A stretch of DNA of 64,000 nucleotides from Acidobacteriota bacterium (GTDB taxonomy: Bacteria; Acidobacteriota; UBA890; WLXD01): assembly GCA_965205505.1 (NCBI GenBank), contig CBDBHB010000006.1, positions 434,111 to 498,110 on the forward strand. The letters run 5' to 3'. Position 1 is the stretch's first letter, and each line of letters opens with the position of its first letter. A program made the translations under genes and the position numbers. Shown piece by piece: positions 10,057 through 20,428 of this stretch. Below the pieces are notes generated by a model that had not been told where the DNA came from, made no database searches, and worked only from the letters and a program-made list of their open reading frames with translations.

Positions 10057-10194
10057 GCCGGCAACCTTGCACCGGCGGATGCCGCGCCGTCTAGTGTGCT
10101 GAGTCAGGAATCCGTTGCATATTGCTGGGCCGAGATGGGAGCAAGCTCAAGGCGCGATGAGGAAACGCCCGCCGCCCCCGGGTACACTCGTGGC

Positions 10195-11814
10195 ATGCGC
10201 TTGCACTACGTTCGCCACCTGCCTGCCGTGGGTCTCGGCAACATACGGCCCTGGGCGCTACGGTGTGGCTGGGAGATAACCGAGACGCGACCCTACGCCG
10301 GGGAGAGCTTCCCTGGCCTCGACGGCATCGACCTGCTCATCGTGTTGGGTGGCCCGATGGGAGCCTGCGACGAGCACGAGCACGCCTGGCTACTGACGGA
10401 GCTCGACTTCGTGGAGCGTGCCATCGAAGCCGGCACGAACGTCCTGGGAATTTGTCTCGGCGGCCAGATAGTCGCCCGCGCTCTTGGGGCACGGGTGGTG
10501 CGCCATCGCCATCCCGAGCTCGGATGGCACGTGATCGAGCCGACCGTCGAAGGCAGCATGGACGGGCGCCTAGCGCCCTTCTTTGCCCCCGAGCTGGCCG
10601 TGATGCAGTGGCACTTCGACACATTCGATCTGCCTCGCGGCGCCGTTCACCTGGCCCGGAACGAGGCGTGCGAGAACCAGGCCTTCAGCTGGGGCGCCAA
10701 CGTTCTCGGGCTGCAATTTCACCCTGAGATGACGCTTCAAGTTGTCGCCGATGTCTTGAAGCGCTACAACCCGCTGCCGGACGGAGAGTTCGTGACGAGG
10801 GCCGACGAGATGCTCTACGCGGCACGCTTCGCCACCTTGGCGGCAGCCAACGGCAGTTTTCTCGATGGCATGACCGGGCGGGTACGTGGCGAAGGTGACG
10901 TGGCGTCGGCGCCAGCTCACGCCAGCGGAGCGGCACCTAGCGCGGACGTACATCTCGTCGACGGCACGTACGAGCTGTTCCGGCATTTCTACGCCTTGCC
11001 GCGAAGCCAGGACGGCGCGGGCTTGGAGGTCGGCGCAGTTCGAGGCGTGCTGGCCTCCATGCTCGGATTGCTACGTGACGGCGCGACGCACATCGGCGTG
11101 GCAACGGACCATGTGATCGAGTCGTTTCGCAACGAGATGTGGGATGGCTACAAGCGCGGGGATGGCATCGATCCCGAGCTACTGGGGCAATTCGAACCGC
11201 TCGAGCAGGCATTGGAGGCAATGGGCATCGTGGTGTGGCCGATGCGCAAGTACGAGGCGGACGACGCGCTCGCTTCCGCCGCTGCGTGCCTCACATCCGA
11301 CAGCTCAGTGCGCCGCGTGCTTATCTGTACGCCCGACAAGGACCTGGCGCAGTGTGTGGTCGACGATCGCGTGGTGCAGCTGGATCGTCGGGCGCGGACG
11401 GTGCGGGGCGTAGCCGGTGTGCTGGAGAAATTCGGTGTGCTACCGGGCTCGATCCCCGACTACTTGGCGCTGGTCGGCGATAGTGCCGACGGTTATCCGG
11501 GGGTGCGACGCTGGGGCGCAAAATCCAGCTCGACGCTCCTGCATCAATATGTTTATCTCGAGGCGATCCCGCGTCAGGCCGAGGCCTGGAAGGTCCAGGT
11601 AAGAGGAGCCCACAAACTGGCCGCCACGCTCGCCGAGAGCTGGGACGACGTGCTCTTGTTTCGTGACCTGGCGACGCTGCGCACCGACGCGATCGTTGTA
11701 TCGGCCGAGGCCCTGCGATGGGAGGGTCCGACGGACCGGTTCGCGGCGCTGGCTGACGATCTCAGGTCTCCGCAGCTCGCTGAACAAGCGGCGAAGCTGG
11801 CCGCCATTCGGTGA
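10195..11814 (+). CDS. fusion ORF: class-I glutamine amidotransferase-like domain + 5'-3' exonuclease (Xni/ExoIX-like flap endonuclease) domain
   Basis: N-terminal ~240 aa carry a GATase1 catalytic triad context (GICLGGQ Cys, LQFHPE His-Glu). After a low-complexity linker (GEGDVASAPAHASGAAPS) come 5'-3' exonuclease motifs (VHLVDGTYELFRHFYA, KYEADDALASAA, ICTPDKDLAQCV, DYLALVGDSADGYPGV). No stop codon separates the two parts. Confidence 0.65.
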   Translation: MRLHYVRHLPAVGLGNIRPWALRCGWEITETRPYAGESFPGLDGIDLLIVLGGPMGACDEHEHAWLLTELDFVERAIEAGTNVLGICLGGQIVARALGARVVRHRHPELGWHVIEPTVEGSMDGRLAPFFAPELAVMQWHFDTFDLPRGAVHLARNEACENQAFSWGANVLGLQFHPEMTLQVVADVLKRYNPLPDGEFVTRADEMLYAARFATLAAANGSFLDGMTGRVRGEGDVASAPAHASGAAPSADVHLVDGTYELFRHFYALPRSQDGAGLEVGAVRGVLASMLGLLRDGATHIGVATDHVIESFRNEMWDGYKRGDGIDPELLGQFEPLEQALEAMGIVVWPMRKYEADDALASAAACLTSDSSVRRVLICTPDKDLAQCVVDDRVVQLDRRARTVRGVAGVLEKFGVLPGSIPDYLALVGDSADGYPGVRRWGAKSSSTLLHQYVYLEAIPRQAEAWKVQVRGAHKLAATLAESWDDVLLFRDLATLRTDAIVVSAEALRWEGPTDRFAALADDLRSPQLAEQAAKLAAIR

Positions 11815-11899
11815 TGCGCACTTCGGCGTTGTCGGAGTCGGTGATGTAGCCACGCCCGGGTCCTTCTGTCGCCGCGGCTGAGCCTGCCGGGATGTGAGC

Positions 11900-14467
11900 C
11901 TATTCGGTCGTCGGCCCGTACCCTGCGCCGAATTGTCCTTGCGCCGCCGCACGCGCGCCCTGCACCCATTCCTCGAGCCGAATCCTGCCGATCAAGCGGG
12001 GCTCGCGCGCCTCGATCCACTCGACGTCGCTCTGGTTCCAATCCGCGATCTGGTTGTAGGTAAAGATCCCGGTGGCGTTGAGAAGCTCGGCCGTCTTCGA
12101 GCCGATTCCCTTGATGGCCGTCAGATCGTCTCCCGTAGGGGGCTCGACGCGGAGTAGGGTGCGCATCTGCCGTCCCTCGATCTCGCGCTCGTGGAGCTCG
12201 CGGAGTAGTCGCTCGCGCGTATCGTCGCTGCGAATCATCTGCGCCTCGAGCGTCTCGATCCTGGCGTTGCGACGCTCGATGCGCGTCTCCGCCACTTCTG
12301 CGTCGTCCTTGGCATGCTCGGTCTGGAGCAGGTGCTCCGCCAGCTCGGCCTCGCGGTCGCGGAGCATACCGGCAATACCGTCGCGCTCGAGCTGCCGCTC
12401 GCGCAACCGCCGCTCGTAGCTGACCTCCATTTCGGCCATGTCGGCCTGCATGGATTCCGCCAGCGCTTGGGTTCGAGCCTGGGCGGTCTCGGCGGCTTGC
12501 AGCTCCGAAATCCGCGTTCCCAACTGTGCTTGTGCGTCTAGTGCCTGGGCGCGCTCCTGATCGAGCGTCGAACGCAAGCCCGTCACCTCCTGGTCGAGTC
12601 GCCGCACGGTCTCACCGGACGTTCGGATCTCCTCCAGCTGCGCCTCGAGCGTACGGCGTAGACGGTCCATCTCCAGGTCGCGCTCACGAAGCGACCGCTC
12701 CGTCGCTGCCGTGTGCTCCTCGACCTCTGCCTGGAGTGATTCGATGCGCTCGCGATCGTTTTTTACTTGCTGGTCGCGCCTTGCCAACATCTCGGTTTGC
12801 TGGGCGGTGCGCTGCTCGAGGCGCTCGATACTCGAGTCGCGCTCCGCGAGGATCGCTTCAGCCTCTTCGGTCTGACGCTGATTCTGCTCCGTGAGCTCGG
12901 CAAGGAGGCGATCAAGCTCGACGCGTCTCTCGCCGTTCCGGGCCATGCGCGCCTCGAGTGCCAGGAGCGAATCGTTGAGCTCCTCGATATGGAGGACATG
13001 GGCGCGCCCCTGCTCCTGGGTGTCGAGCAGGCGGGTCCCGACCGCGTCGGCGCGCGCCTGCATTTCCTTCAACTGCTGGTCACGGCGTTCGATCTGCACG
13101 ACGTAGTCAGCCTCGAGGGTCCGCGCCTCGTCACGTGCCGCGCGCAGGGCCTCGGCGCGCTCCTGGAAATCTCCGGTTAGGGCCGCCAAGCTGGCAGCGA
13201 GCTCGTCGTGCTCGGCGGTCAGGTTGTCGATCCGGGTGTTCGCCTGGCGCAACTCCTCGCCATCGCGGTCGATGCGTTCACCCGAGCTTTGGCGCTCATC
13301 GCGAAGCCGTTGGATCTCCTCGGTGCGCTCCTCCAGTCTCTGGCGGAGTTGCTGGACCTCATCGGCTGGCTCGCGCACCTGCTGCCCGTAGCGCCGCTCG
13401 AGCTCGTCCAGCTCACCCTGGAGACGGGAGACGCGCTCGCCGCCGCCGCTGATCTGATCCTCCATTGCTGCCAAGCGCTGGGTGGCTTCGTCGCGCTCGC
13501 TGGTCAGCTGGGCACGCTCTTCCTCGCTCTCCGCGAGCTCCTGGCGCACTTCGGCGAGCCAGATCTCGACTTCGGTGGTTGCCTGCGGAGCGGCTTCGAG
13601 CTCGGTGATCCGCGCGTCGCGCCAGCGGATCTCATCGTCGTGGCGAGTCTCCAGATCGACGATAGTAATGTGCGCCTCCTCTAGCTCGGTGACCGCCGCT
13701 CGAATGTCGCCATCTCTCGACAACAGGCCGATTTCTTGTGAGCCGTTTTCCGCCGCGAGTGTGGCCGTGTTTGCTTGCGCGGCCTCGAGCTCCTGTTGCA
13801 ACCGAGCGGTTTCTTCGTCGCGCGCCGCCAGAGTCTGTAGCGCCTCGCGCAGCTGGCCGCCCTGGTTGTTGAGTTGACCACCCAGCCTCTCGAGGTCGAG
13901 ACGCAGCGCGCCAACATCCACACCATCAGCGTTTGCAGCGCTCGCCGACGATTCGGCCACTTGACGGCGCAGAGCCTCGAGCTCTCGGGTGACCTCTTGC
14001 AGACGACCGGCATGTGCCTCGCAATCGCTCATGGTGATGTCGAGCGCAGTCTGTCGATCGATGAGTTGATGCTCGAGCGCGCTGTTCTCGCTGCGCAGCG
14101 CCTCGATCTCGTCTCGTGTCGCATGCAGTCGGGCTTGGCTCTCGGCCAGCACTTCTTCGCGGCGCTTGAGCTCCGCCGCGGCGGTGCTCGCGGACTCGTC
14201 GGCAGCATCACGTTCGAGCTCTCCACGCTCGAGCTGAGCGCGCAACGCGTCGCGATCCGACTCGGTCTCCAATAGCTTGCCGTTCAGCTCATCACGCTCA
14301 CGTTGCACGCGGCGCAGCAGTGCGGTGGATGTGCTCGAGGCGGTGCGCTTCCCGGTAGCCGAACCGATCAGGTAGCCGATCGCGGCTACTAGCAAGAGGC
14401 TGATGACGACCGTGAGAGCGGGAGGGAGCATCCGGTTACTTCCAGTTGCGGTTGTGAGAATGGCCAC
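11900..14467 (-). CDS. membrane-anchored long coiled-coil protein with C-terminal helix-hairpin-helix-type domain
   Basis: 855 aa. N-terminal TM helix (LPPALTVVISLLLVAAIGYLIG), about 750 aa of heptad-rich E/R/L/A coiled coil, and a C-terminal DDLTAIKGIGSKTAELLNATGIFTYNQIADW HhH-like module. Confidence 0.7.
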   Translation of the reverse strand: MAILTTATGSNRMLPPALTVVISLLLVAAIGYLIGSATGKRTASSTSTALLRRVQRERDELNGKLLETESDRDALRAQLERGELERDAADESASTAAAELKRREEVLAESQARLHATRDEIEALRSENSALEHQLIDRQTALDITMSDCEAHAGRLQEVTRELEALRRQVAESSASAANADGVDVGALRLDLERLGGQLNNQGGQLREALQTLAARDEETARLQQELEAAQANTATLAAENGSQEIGLLSRDGDIRAAVTELEEAHITIVDLETRHDDEIRWRDARITELEAAPQATTEVEIWLAEVRQELAESEEERAQLTSERDEATQRLAAMEDQISGGGERVSRLQGELDELERRYGQQVREPADEVQQLRQRLEERTEEIQRLRDERQSSGERIDRDGEELRQANTRIDNLTAEHDELAASLAALTGDFQERAEALRAARDEARTLEADYVVQIERRDQQLKEMQARADAVGTRLLDTQEQGRAHVLHIEELNDSLLALEARMARNGERRVELDRLLAELTEQNQRQTEEAEAILAERDSSIERLEQRTAQQTEMLARRDQQVKNDRERIESLQAEVEEHTAATERSLRERDLEMDRLRRTLEAQLEEIRTSGETVRRLDQEVTGLRSTLDQERAQALDAQAQLGTRISELQAAETAQARTQALAESMQADMAEMEVSYERRLRERQLERDGIAGMLRDREAELAEHLLQTEHAKDDAEVAETRIERRNARIETLEAQMIRSDDTRERLLRELHEREIEGRQMRTLLRVEPPTGDDLTAIKGIGSKTAELLNATGIFTYNQIADWNQSDVEWIEAREPRLIGRIRLEEWVQGARAAAQGQFGAGYGPTTE

Positions 14468-14856
14468 GCGCCCGAAAGCGAGGTGCGCTCAGCGGTTGAG
14501 TATTACCAACAGATCCGCCACCGTCGATGCGCGGTCGTCAAGCCGGGCGTCGAATCCGGCCATCACGAGACAACCGCGTCGCCTGGTCGCCGGGACGATG
14601 CGCCGACGCACGCTGTTCGGTCCCAACGACACCCGAGCCAATCACGTGCAGGCACTTTCTGATTTTCGCGGCGGCTCGCAGCCGCGCTGGGTGGCGTCGC
14701 GAGGCGACACTAGTGGCCTACGCAAGCCTGTTCATCGCTGAGCGCACCGCGCCGGTGGACGTTGCCCTCGGTTCGCGCTATTCATGAGCTGCAGCCCAGT
14801 GTGGACAGCCAAGGCCTCGGAGGCGACTGCGGCGACCATCGGCGGGGGCGCCGGCG

Positions 14857-15918
14857 TCAGTAGTGGGCACCGGCGCCGCCCGGTCTGGCTCCGAGTAGCG
14901 GCATGACGGCCAGCCCCAGCAGCAACGGCAAGTAGAAGCTGAAGAATCGCCAGCCAGCGGTGACGATTCCGAGGATTCCCTCCGCCACGAAGCCGTCAAT
15001 CACAGCACCAAAAGAAGCCTCGGCACCGAGTGCCGCGCCCGGCGTGGGTACGAACACCATCATCATGAACACTACCCACTGCAACAAAAAGAACAACACC
15101 GGGTCGACCCGGGTTCCGAGTCCGTAGAGCACTGCCGTGGCCACCGAGCAGCGGGTCACCCAGAGGCCGGTGGTCAGTACGACCGCGACCAGGAACCGGG
15201 TCTTGCCGAACTTGCCAACTAGCTCGTAGGCCGACACGAATTCGTCACGCACGCGCGCCAGGGCACCGCGAAAGCCGACCGTGTCGGCCGCTGGATTCCG
15301 GACACGAAGCCAACGCACGAAAAGGAGCAGTCCGACGACCGCGATAACCCCAACGATCCACGGCGTGGCCGAGACTGCTTTGTCAGCCACCCTACCTAGT
15401 ACTACTTGAACCTCGGGCAGGGCCCAGCGGGAGGTCGCGAAGGCGATCGCGGGAGCCACGCCGACGAAGAACACGATGTCGACGAGGTTGTCCAACATCA
15501 ACATCGAGGCTGCGGTGCCGGTTCGTACCCCGCTATCGACGAGTAAGCCGACCTTGACGGGGGCGCCGCCGATCGCCTTGGGGCTGATCGACGATCCCAG
15601 CTCGGTACCAACGCCCACCCGCAGCGCGTTGCGAGCGGTAATGGGCGAGCCAAAGAACCTCGCCCACATCCACGCTCGCGCGGCCGTAAAGAACCAAGGC
15701 GCGACTCCCAGGGCGATAGCAGCACCCAGCCATATCGGTGCTACGGAGCGCAGAGTTCCTGCTGCTCCGACGCGTATCGATTGCCAGGCCAGCGCGAGGT
15801 TGACGGCGGCACCGACGAGGATGATACCTATCCCCCACCTAGCAATCGTTGCGAACAGCTTGGACCGCGAAGGGCTCGACAATGCGCTCTCTGAAGGCGG
15901 CATGATGGCGCCGAGCAT
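14857..15918 (-). CDS. flippase-like / lysylphosphatidylglycerol-synthase-TM-domain family membrane protein
   Basis: 353-aa polytopic membrane protein. Resembles the UPF0104/LPG_synthase_TM family. Confidence 0.55.
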   Translation of the reverse strand: MLGAIMPPSESALSSPSRSKLFATIARWGIGIILVGAAVNLALAWQSIRVGAAGTLRSVAPIWLGAAIALGVAPWFFTAARAWMWARFFGSPITARNALRVGVGTELGSSISPKAIGGAPVKVGLLVDSGVRTGTAASMLMLDNLVDIVFFVGVAPAIAFATSRWALPEVQVVLGRVADKAVSATPWIVGVIAVVGLLLFVRWLRVRNPAADTVGFRGALARVRDEFVSAYELVGKFGKTRFLVAVVLTTGLWVTRCSVATAVLYGLGTRVDPVLFFLLQWVVFMMMVFVPTPGAALGAEASFGAVIDGFVAEGILGIVTAGWRFFSFYLPLLLGLAVMPLLGARPGGAGAHY

Positions 15919-15927
15919 CGTCGGCAG

Positions 15928-16572
15928 CTATCTCCAGGTGCTCGTATGCGGGTAGAAGCTCCGCCAGCCCTGCTCGTAGGCGAGCACCGACATCAGCAAC
16001 TCGCCGGCGTCGTTCTCGGCCCAAGCCGTTAGTCCTTCGGCGTCGAAGTGGATGGTTATCGCAGTTCCGCCGCCGCTCATTCGTACCGGCGTGTCGGCGC
16101 GGGCGAGCTCGGGGAAGGGAAAGAACCAAGCCTCGTTGCCGATGGCCAGACCGAGCCCGAGCGCCGAGGTGTCGTGGCCGCCGCCCGGCGATCGTCGCTC
16201 GCCGGGCACGACGTCGTTGAGCACCTCGTAGAGTGCCAGATAGCGGATCGGATAGGCTATCGGCTGGCCGTCGACTACCAGTCCGAGGACGAGCTCATCA
16301 TCGGCGAGATCAGCGGCCGCGGCGGCTACCGAGGGCGGGTCGACCGGCGATTCGTGCACTCGCATGTCGATCTCCTCGGGCGGAGCACCCGGGCGCGGCT
16401 GCACGTGAGCACGCACGGTGCGCTGCCGGCTCTGACCATCGCCATCGGCGTATTGCTCCAAGTACTCGATAGCCGGCGCCTTTAGCGCGGCGCCCACTTC
16501 GGTGATCTCGGCTTGCGCCGGCGGTACGGGCGAAAGCGCCAGTGCGACGATGCCAATGACGAATGCGAACAT
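15928..16572 (-). CDS. secreted hypothetical protein (weak DUF3179-like similarity)
   Basis: Signal peptide MFAFVIGIVALALSPVPPAQA. The segment AYPIRYLALYEVLNDVVPG resembles the DUF3179 core, but the conserved Cys motif is absent. Confidence 0.4.
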   Translation of the reverse strand: MFAFVIGIVALALSPVPPAQAEITEVGAALKAPAIEYLEQYADGDGQSRQRTVRAHVQPRPGAPPEEIDMRVHESPVDPPSVAAAAADLADDELVLGLVVDGQPIAYPIRYLALYEVLNDVVPGERRSPGGGHDTSALGLGLAIGNEAWFFPFPELARADTPVRMSGGGTAITIHFDAEGLTAWAENDAGELLMSVLAYEQGWRSFYPHTSTWR

Positions 16573-16673
16573 CTGATGTCGACCTCACTCCTGGATGTTG
16601 ACGTTGCCACCATGCTGCCCCATCGTTGCCCCGGCGGCCACTATGCCGCCGCTGACCCAGACAAGGAGCGGGC

Positions 16674-18321
16674 GTGGGTTCCACGTACAAGGCAGACGCG
16701 GTCATCGTGGGCGGTGGGCTCGCTGGATTGACCGCCGCCCTCGAGCTCCTCGAGACCGGACGCAGCGTTGTACTGCTCGAACGCGGGTCTGAGAAGAAGC
16801 TCGGCGGGCTGGCGAGAATCTCGTTCGGCGGTGTTTTTATCGTCGGATCGCCGGAGCAGCGGCGCGCCGGCATCCGCGACAGCGTCGACCTGGCGCTGCG
16901 CGATTGGTTGAGCTTCGGCGAGCATGGAGCCGAGGACGTGTGGCCGCGCCGCTGGGCCGAAGCATACGTTTCGGGGTGTCGGGAGCAGGTATACGACTGG
17001 CTGCGCGGTCACGGCGTGAAGTTCTTCCCGGTGGTGCACTGGGTCGAGCGAGGACTTCATGGCGGCGGCAACACGCTGCCGCGGTTTCACATCGTCTGGG
17101 GTACCGGCGAGAGATTGGTGCTCGCTTTACTCGAGCGACTCGAGAGTCATCCTCACCGCGACCGTTTGTTGCTACTGCATGGTCATCGCGTCACCGATCT
17201 GGAGAGCGTCAACGGTGCGTTCGTGGGCTGCTCCGGCGTTGTCGAGTCGGAAGATGCCGACGGCGACCGACTCGCCGGCAGGCAGGCGGCCGGTGAGTTT
17301 GCCGCCGCAGGCGATTGCCTGGTGATCGCCGCCGGTGGGATCTGCGGCAACCTGGCCCTGGTTCGACAACACTGGCATGCTGATTGGGGGACACCTCCGG
17401 AGACGCTGTTGAATGGCTCGCATCCCGCCGCGGACGGGCACCTTCACGGCGTTGCCGCGCGACTCGGTGCCAACATCACGCACCTCGACAAGATGTGGAA
17501 CTACGCTGCCGGCGTGCATCACTGGCGGCCGCACCACGAGCACCACGGAATGTCCCTCGTGCCACCCATGTCGGCTTTGTGGCTCAACTGGCGTGGTGAG
17601 CGGTTGGGCCCCCCGGCCATGATGGGGGGCTACGACACGCGCTATCTCGTGCAGATGGTTTGCGGCCAGGAACGCCAGTACTCGTGGCAGGTATTCAACT
17701 GGCGCATCGCCATGAAGGAGCTTGCGGTTTCCGGCGCGGAGTTCAATCATGCGGGTCCGCGAGCGCAAGCTGTTGCAGTTCCTGCTCACCACTCTCCGAG
17801 GCGACGCGGTACTTGTGCGCGAGCTCGTCGAGCATTGTGAAGACTTCGTGACTGCCGACTCATTGCCGGAGCTGGCCGAGAAGATGAACAGCCTGACCGG
17901 TAGCGATGACGTTGATTCGCAGACGCTTGCGAATGTGGTCGGACGCTACGATGAGGCGATCAGGCGTGGTGGCAAGCTGAGCAACGACGATCAGATCCTG
18001 CGGCTGCATCACGTTCGTCGCTACCGGGGCGACCGGGCGCGAACCTGCAGGCCGCGTCCGATCGACGATCCGCGAGCTCGTCCGCTCATCGCCGTCCGCG
18101 AGTTTGTCATCACACGCAAGAGCCTCGGCGGCCTGCAAACCGACCTGCAGTCCCGTGTCCTCGACCACGCCGGGGAGCCGTTGCCGGGTCTGTACGCGGT
18201 CGGGGAGGCGGCGGGATTCGGAGGTGGCGGTATTCACGGCTTGCGTTCGCTGGAGGGCACCTGCTTGGGTGGCTGTGTCTTCACCGGTCGCGCTGCGGCG
18301 CGAGCCATCGTCAAGGGCTAG
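16674..18321 (+). CDS. FAD-binding dehydrogenase (FAD_binding_2 / KstD-fumarate reductase-like), disrupted by an apparent +1 frameshift near 17745
   Basis: N-terminal ADAVIVGGGLAGLTAALEL dinucleotide-binding motif. The C-terminal part (…GLYAVGEAAGFGGGGIHG…) continues in another frame as ORF 17722..18321. The junction reads ttc aat c atg cgg. Confidence 0.65.
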
Positions 18322-19451
18322 CAGCCCGCCGCGACCCGGCGACGCCTGCCGGCCACCGCCTGTCCCAAGATCTCGATAGTGTGTTGCTGTTGCGCCTCGG
18401 TGATTCCCGCGAACATCGGCAACGACAGGATCTCGTTGGCTGCCTGCTCGGCGACGGGGAATGATCCCGGCCCCTTCCGCAGGTCGGCATAGGCACCCTG
18501 TAGATGGATCGGAATCGGATAGTGAATCCCGGCACCGATCCCTCTCGCATTGAGGTACTGCAGAACTCGGTCCCGTTCGGCTACCCGCACGACGTACAGA
18601 TGCCAGACAGGCTCGTTCCCCTCGAGCACGCTCGGTCGCGACACCTCGGGTATGTCTACGAGGAGCTCATCGTAGAGCTCTGCGGCCTCGCGACGATGTT
18701 GATTCCCCGTCGCCAAGTGCCGGAGCTTGGCCAACAGTACGACCGACTGCAGGGTGTCGAGGCGGGAGTTGAAGCCCATCTCCGGATGATGGTACTTGCG
18801 ATCGCTCCCCCAGTTCCGCAATCGTCGGACAGCATTGTGCACATCCGCGTCGTGGGTGATCACCGCACCCGCGTCGCCGTATGCTCCGAGGTTCTTGCCC
18901 GGATAGAAGCTGAACCCCGCTGCCAGCCCGAAGCTACCTGCCGTCTTTCCGTGGCGGCGGGCGCCGTGCGCCTGCGCGGCGTCCTCGATCACCACAAGAT
19001 CGTGGCGGACAGCGCACTCTAGCAGCTGTTCCATCGGCGCGAGCTGACCGTACAGGTGCACCGGGATGATCGCGCGTGTGCGCGACCCCACGGCTTCCTC
19101 TGCTCGTTGGATGTCGATCAGATGATGCTCGGGGTCACAGTCAACCAGCACCGGGACTGCGCCGGTACGGCTGACCGCGAGCGCGGTGGCGATGAACGTA
19201 TTCGCCGGCAGGATCACCTCGTCACCGGCGCCGACGCCGAGGGCGCGCAGGGCCATCTCCAGCGCGTCGGTGCCGCTGCCGACCCCCACACAGTGGGGCG
19301 CCTCCTGGAATCGAGCAAACTCGGCCTCGAACTCCCCGACCTGGGGTCCGAGGATGAAGGCGGTGTCGGCCATCACCTGACTCAGCCCCGCAGAAACTTC
19401 ATCGGCGATCAACGCGTGCTGCAGCTTCAGGTCAACGAGCGGGATCTTCAT
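18318..19451 (-). CDS. DegT/DnrJ/EryC1/StrS family PLP-dependent sugar aminotransferase
   Basis: 377 aa. Family hallmarks (SGTDALEMALRALG, FSFYPGKNLGAYGDAG). Confidence 0.85.
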   Translation of the reverse strand: MKIPLVDLKLQHALIADEVSAGLSQVMADTAFILGPQVGEFEAEFARFQEAPHCVGVGSGTDALEMALRALGVGAGDEVILPANTFIATALAVSRTGAVPVLVDCDPEHHLIDIQRAEEAVGSRTRAIIPVHLYGQLAPMEQLLECAVRHDLVVIEDAAQAHGARRHGKTAGSFGLAAGFSFYPGKNLGAYGDAGAVITHDADVHNAVRRLRNWGSDRKYHHPEMGFNSRLDTLQSVVLLAKLRHLATGNQHRREAAELYDELLVDIPEVSRPSVLEGNEPVWHLYVVRVAERDRVLQYLNARGIGAGIHYPIPIHLQGAYADLRKGPGSFPVAEQAANEILSLPMFAGITEAQQQHTIEILGQAVAGRRRRVAAGC

Positions 19452-19452
19452 G

Positions 19453-20428
19453 TCACACGTGCATCTCGGCGCCGCCGCCCGCGATCGATCGATCGATTGC
19501 TTCCAGAGTACGCACTACCGCGAGCCCTTCCGCCCCGGCAGACAGCGGGCGACTCCTCTCCTGGACGCACTCCAGAAAGTGATTCACTTCGACCTTGAGC
19601 GGTTCGGTCATCTGTACCCGTGGGATCACGATGTCGCCCTCGCGGACGCTCATCCGGAAGCTGGCGAAGGTATCCACGAACGGCACGTCGATGCGCTCGT
19701 TGCGTACCTTCTTGTCGTAGATGCGTAGCGGCTCCGACAGATTTCCGTCATCAAAAGTCAGCATGCGACGCTCGCCCACGACGGTGATGGCACGTGACTT
19801 GCGCGGGTTCAGCCACGAAGCGTGCAGGTGAACGAGGACGTCGGCGGGGTAGCGCAGGGTCGCAAACACCGCGTCCTCGATTCCCGGGCCCCGCCCACTG
19901 CCGAGGCGGTCACCGGGTTGCCGTTGAGCCAGTAGTTGGCGAGCGATACATCATGGGCGGCCAAGTCCCAGGCAGCGTTGACGTCGGCCCGTATCGGTCC
20001 CAGGTTCGTACGCTCCATTGAGATGTAGTACACGCGCCCGAGCTCACCTTTGCCGATGTACTCCTTCGCCCGACGAGCCGCAGCGTTGTAGACGAAGATG
20101 TGACCCACCATGAGCACGAGATCTGTGCGCTGCGCTAGCTCACAGAGCGCCTCGGCATGCTCGGCGCTATCGGCGAGCGGCTTTTCGACCAGCACGTGCT
20201 TTCCGGCTTCGAGAGCAACGGTAGCAAGCTCGTGGTGGGTGCTGGTAGGAGTAGCCACGACGACCGCATCGCCCGTAGTCTGCACCCCGGGAAAGCGGGC
20301 TGCCACCGTCGCGAGGCGATCGGGATTGGTATCGGCCACCCACGCAACCCACGCGTCGGGTTGCGTGTAGAGATTGTTGATGAGGTTTGGGCCCCAGTGA
20401 CCGGCGCCCACCACCGCGACTCGTATCA
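19453..20428 (-). CDS. Gfo/Idh/MocA oxidoreductase (WbpB/GnnA-like sugar 3-dehydrogenase candidate), disrupted by an apparent frameshift in a G/C run near 19880
   Basis: N-terminal VIRVAVVGAGHWGPN Rossmann motif (GTG start after GGGGA RBS). The C-terminal domain continues as ORF 19453..19869 in another frame. The junction lies in gggcggggcccggg. Confidence 0.7.

Noticed and set aside
9775-10194. 140 extra upstream codons on the GATase-exonuclease ORF
   Set aside because: The GATase domain begins at MRLHYVRHLP (10195). The upstream translation is Arg/Gly-rich and overlaps the divergent promoter region.
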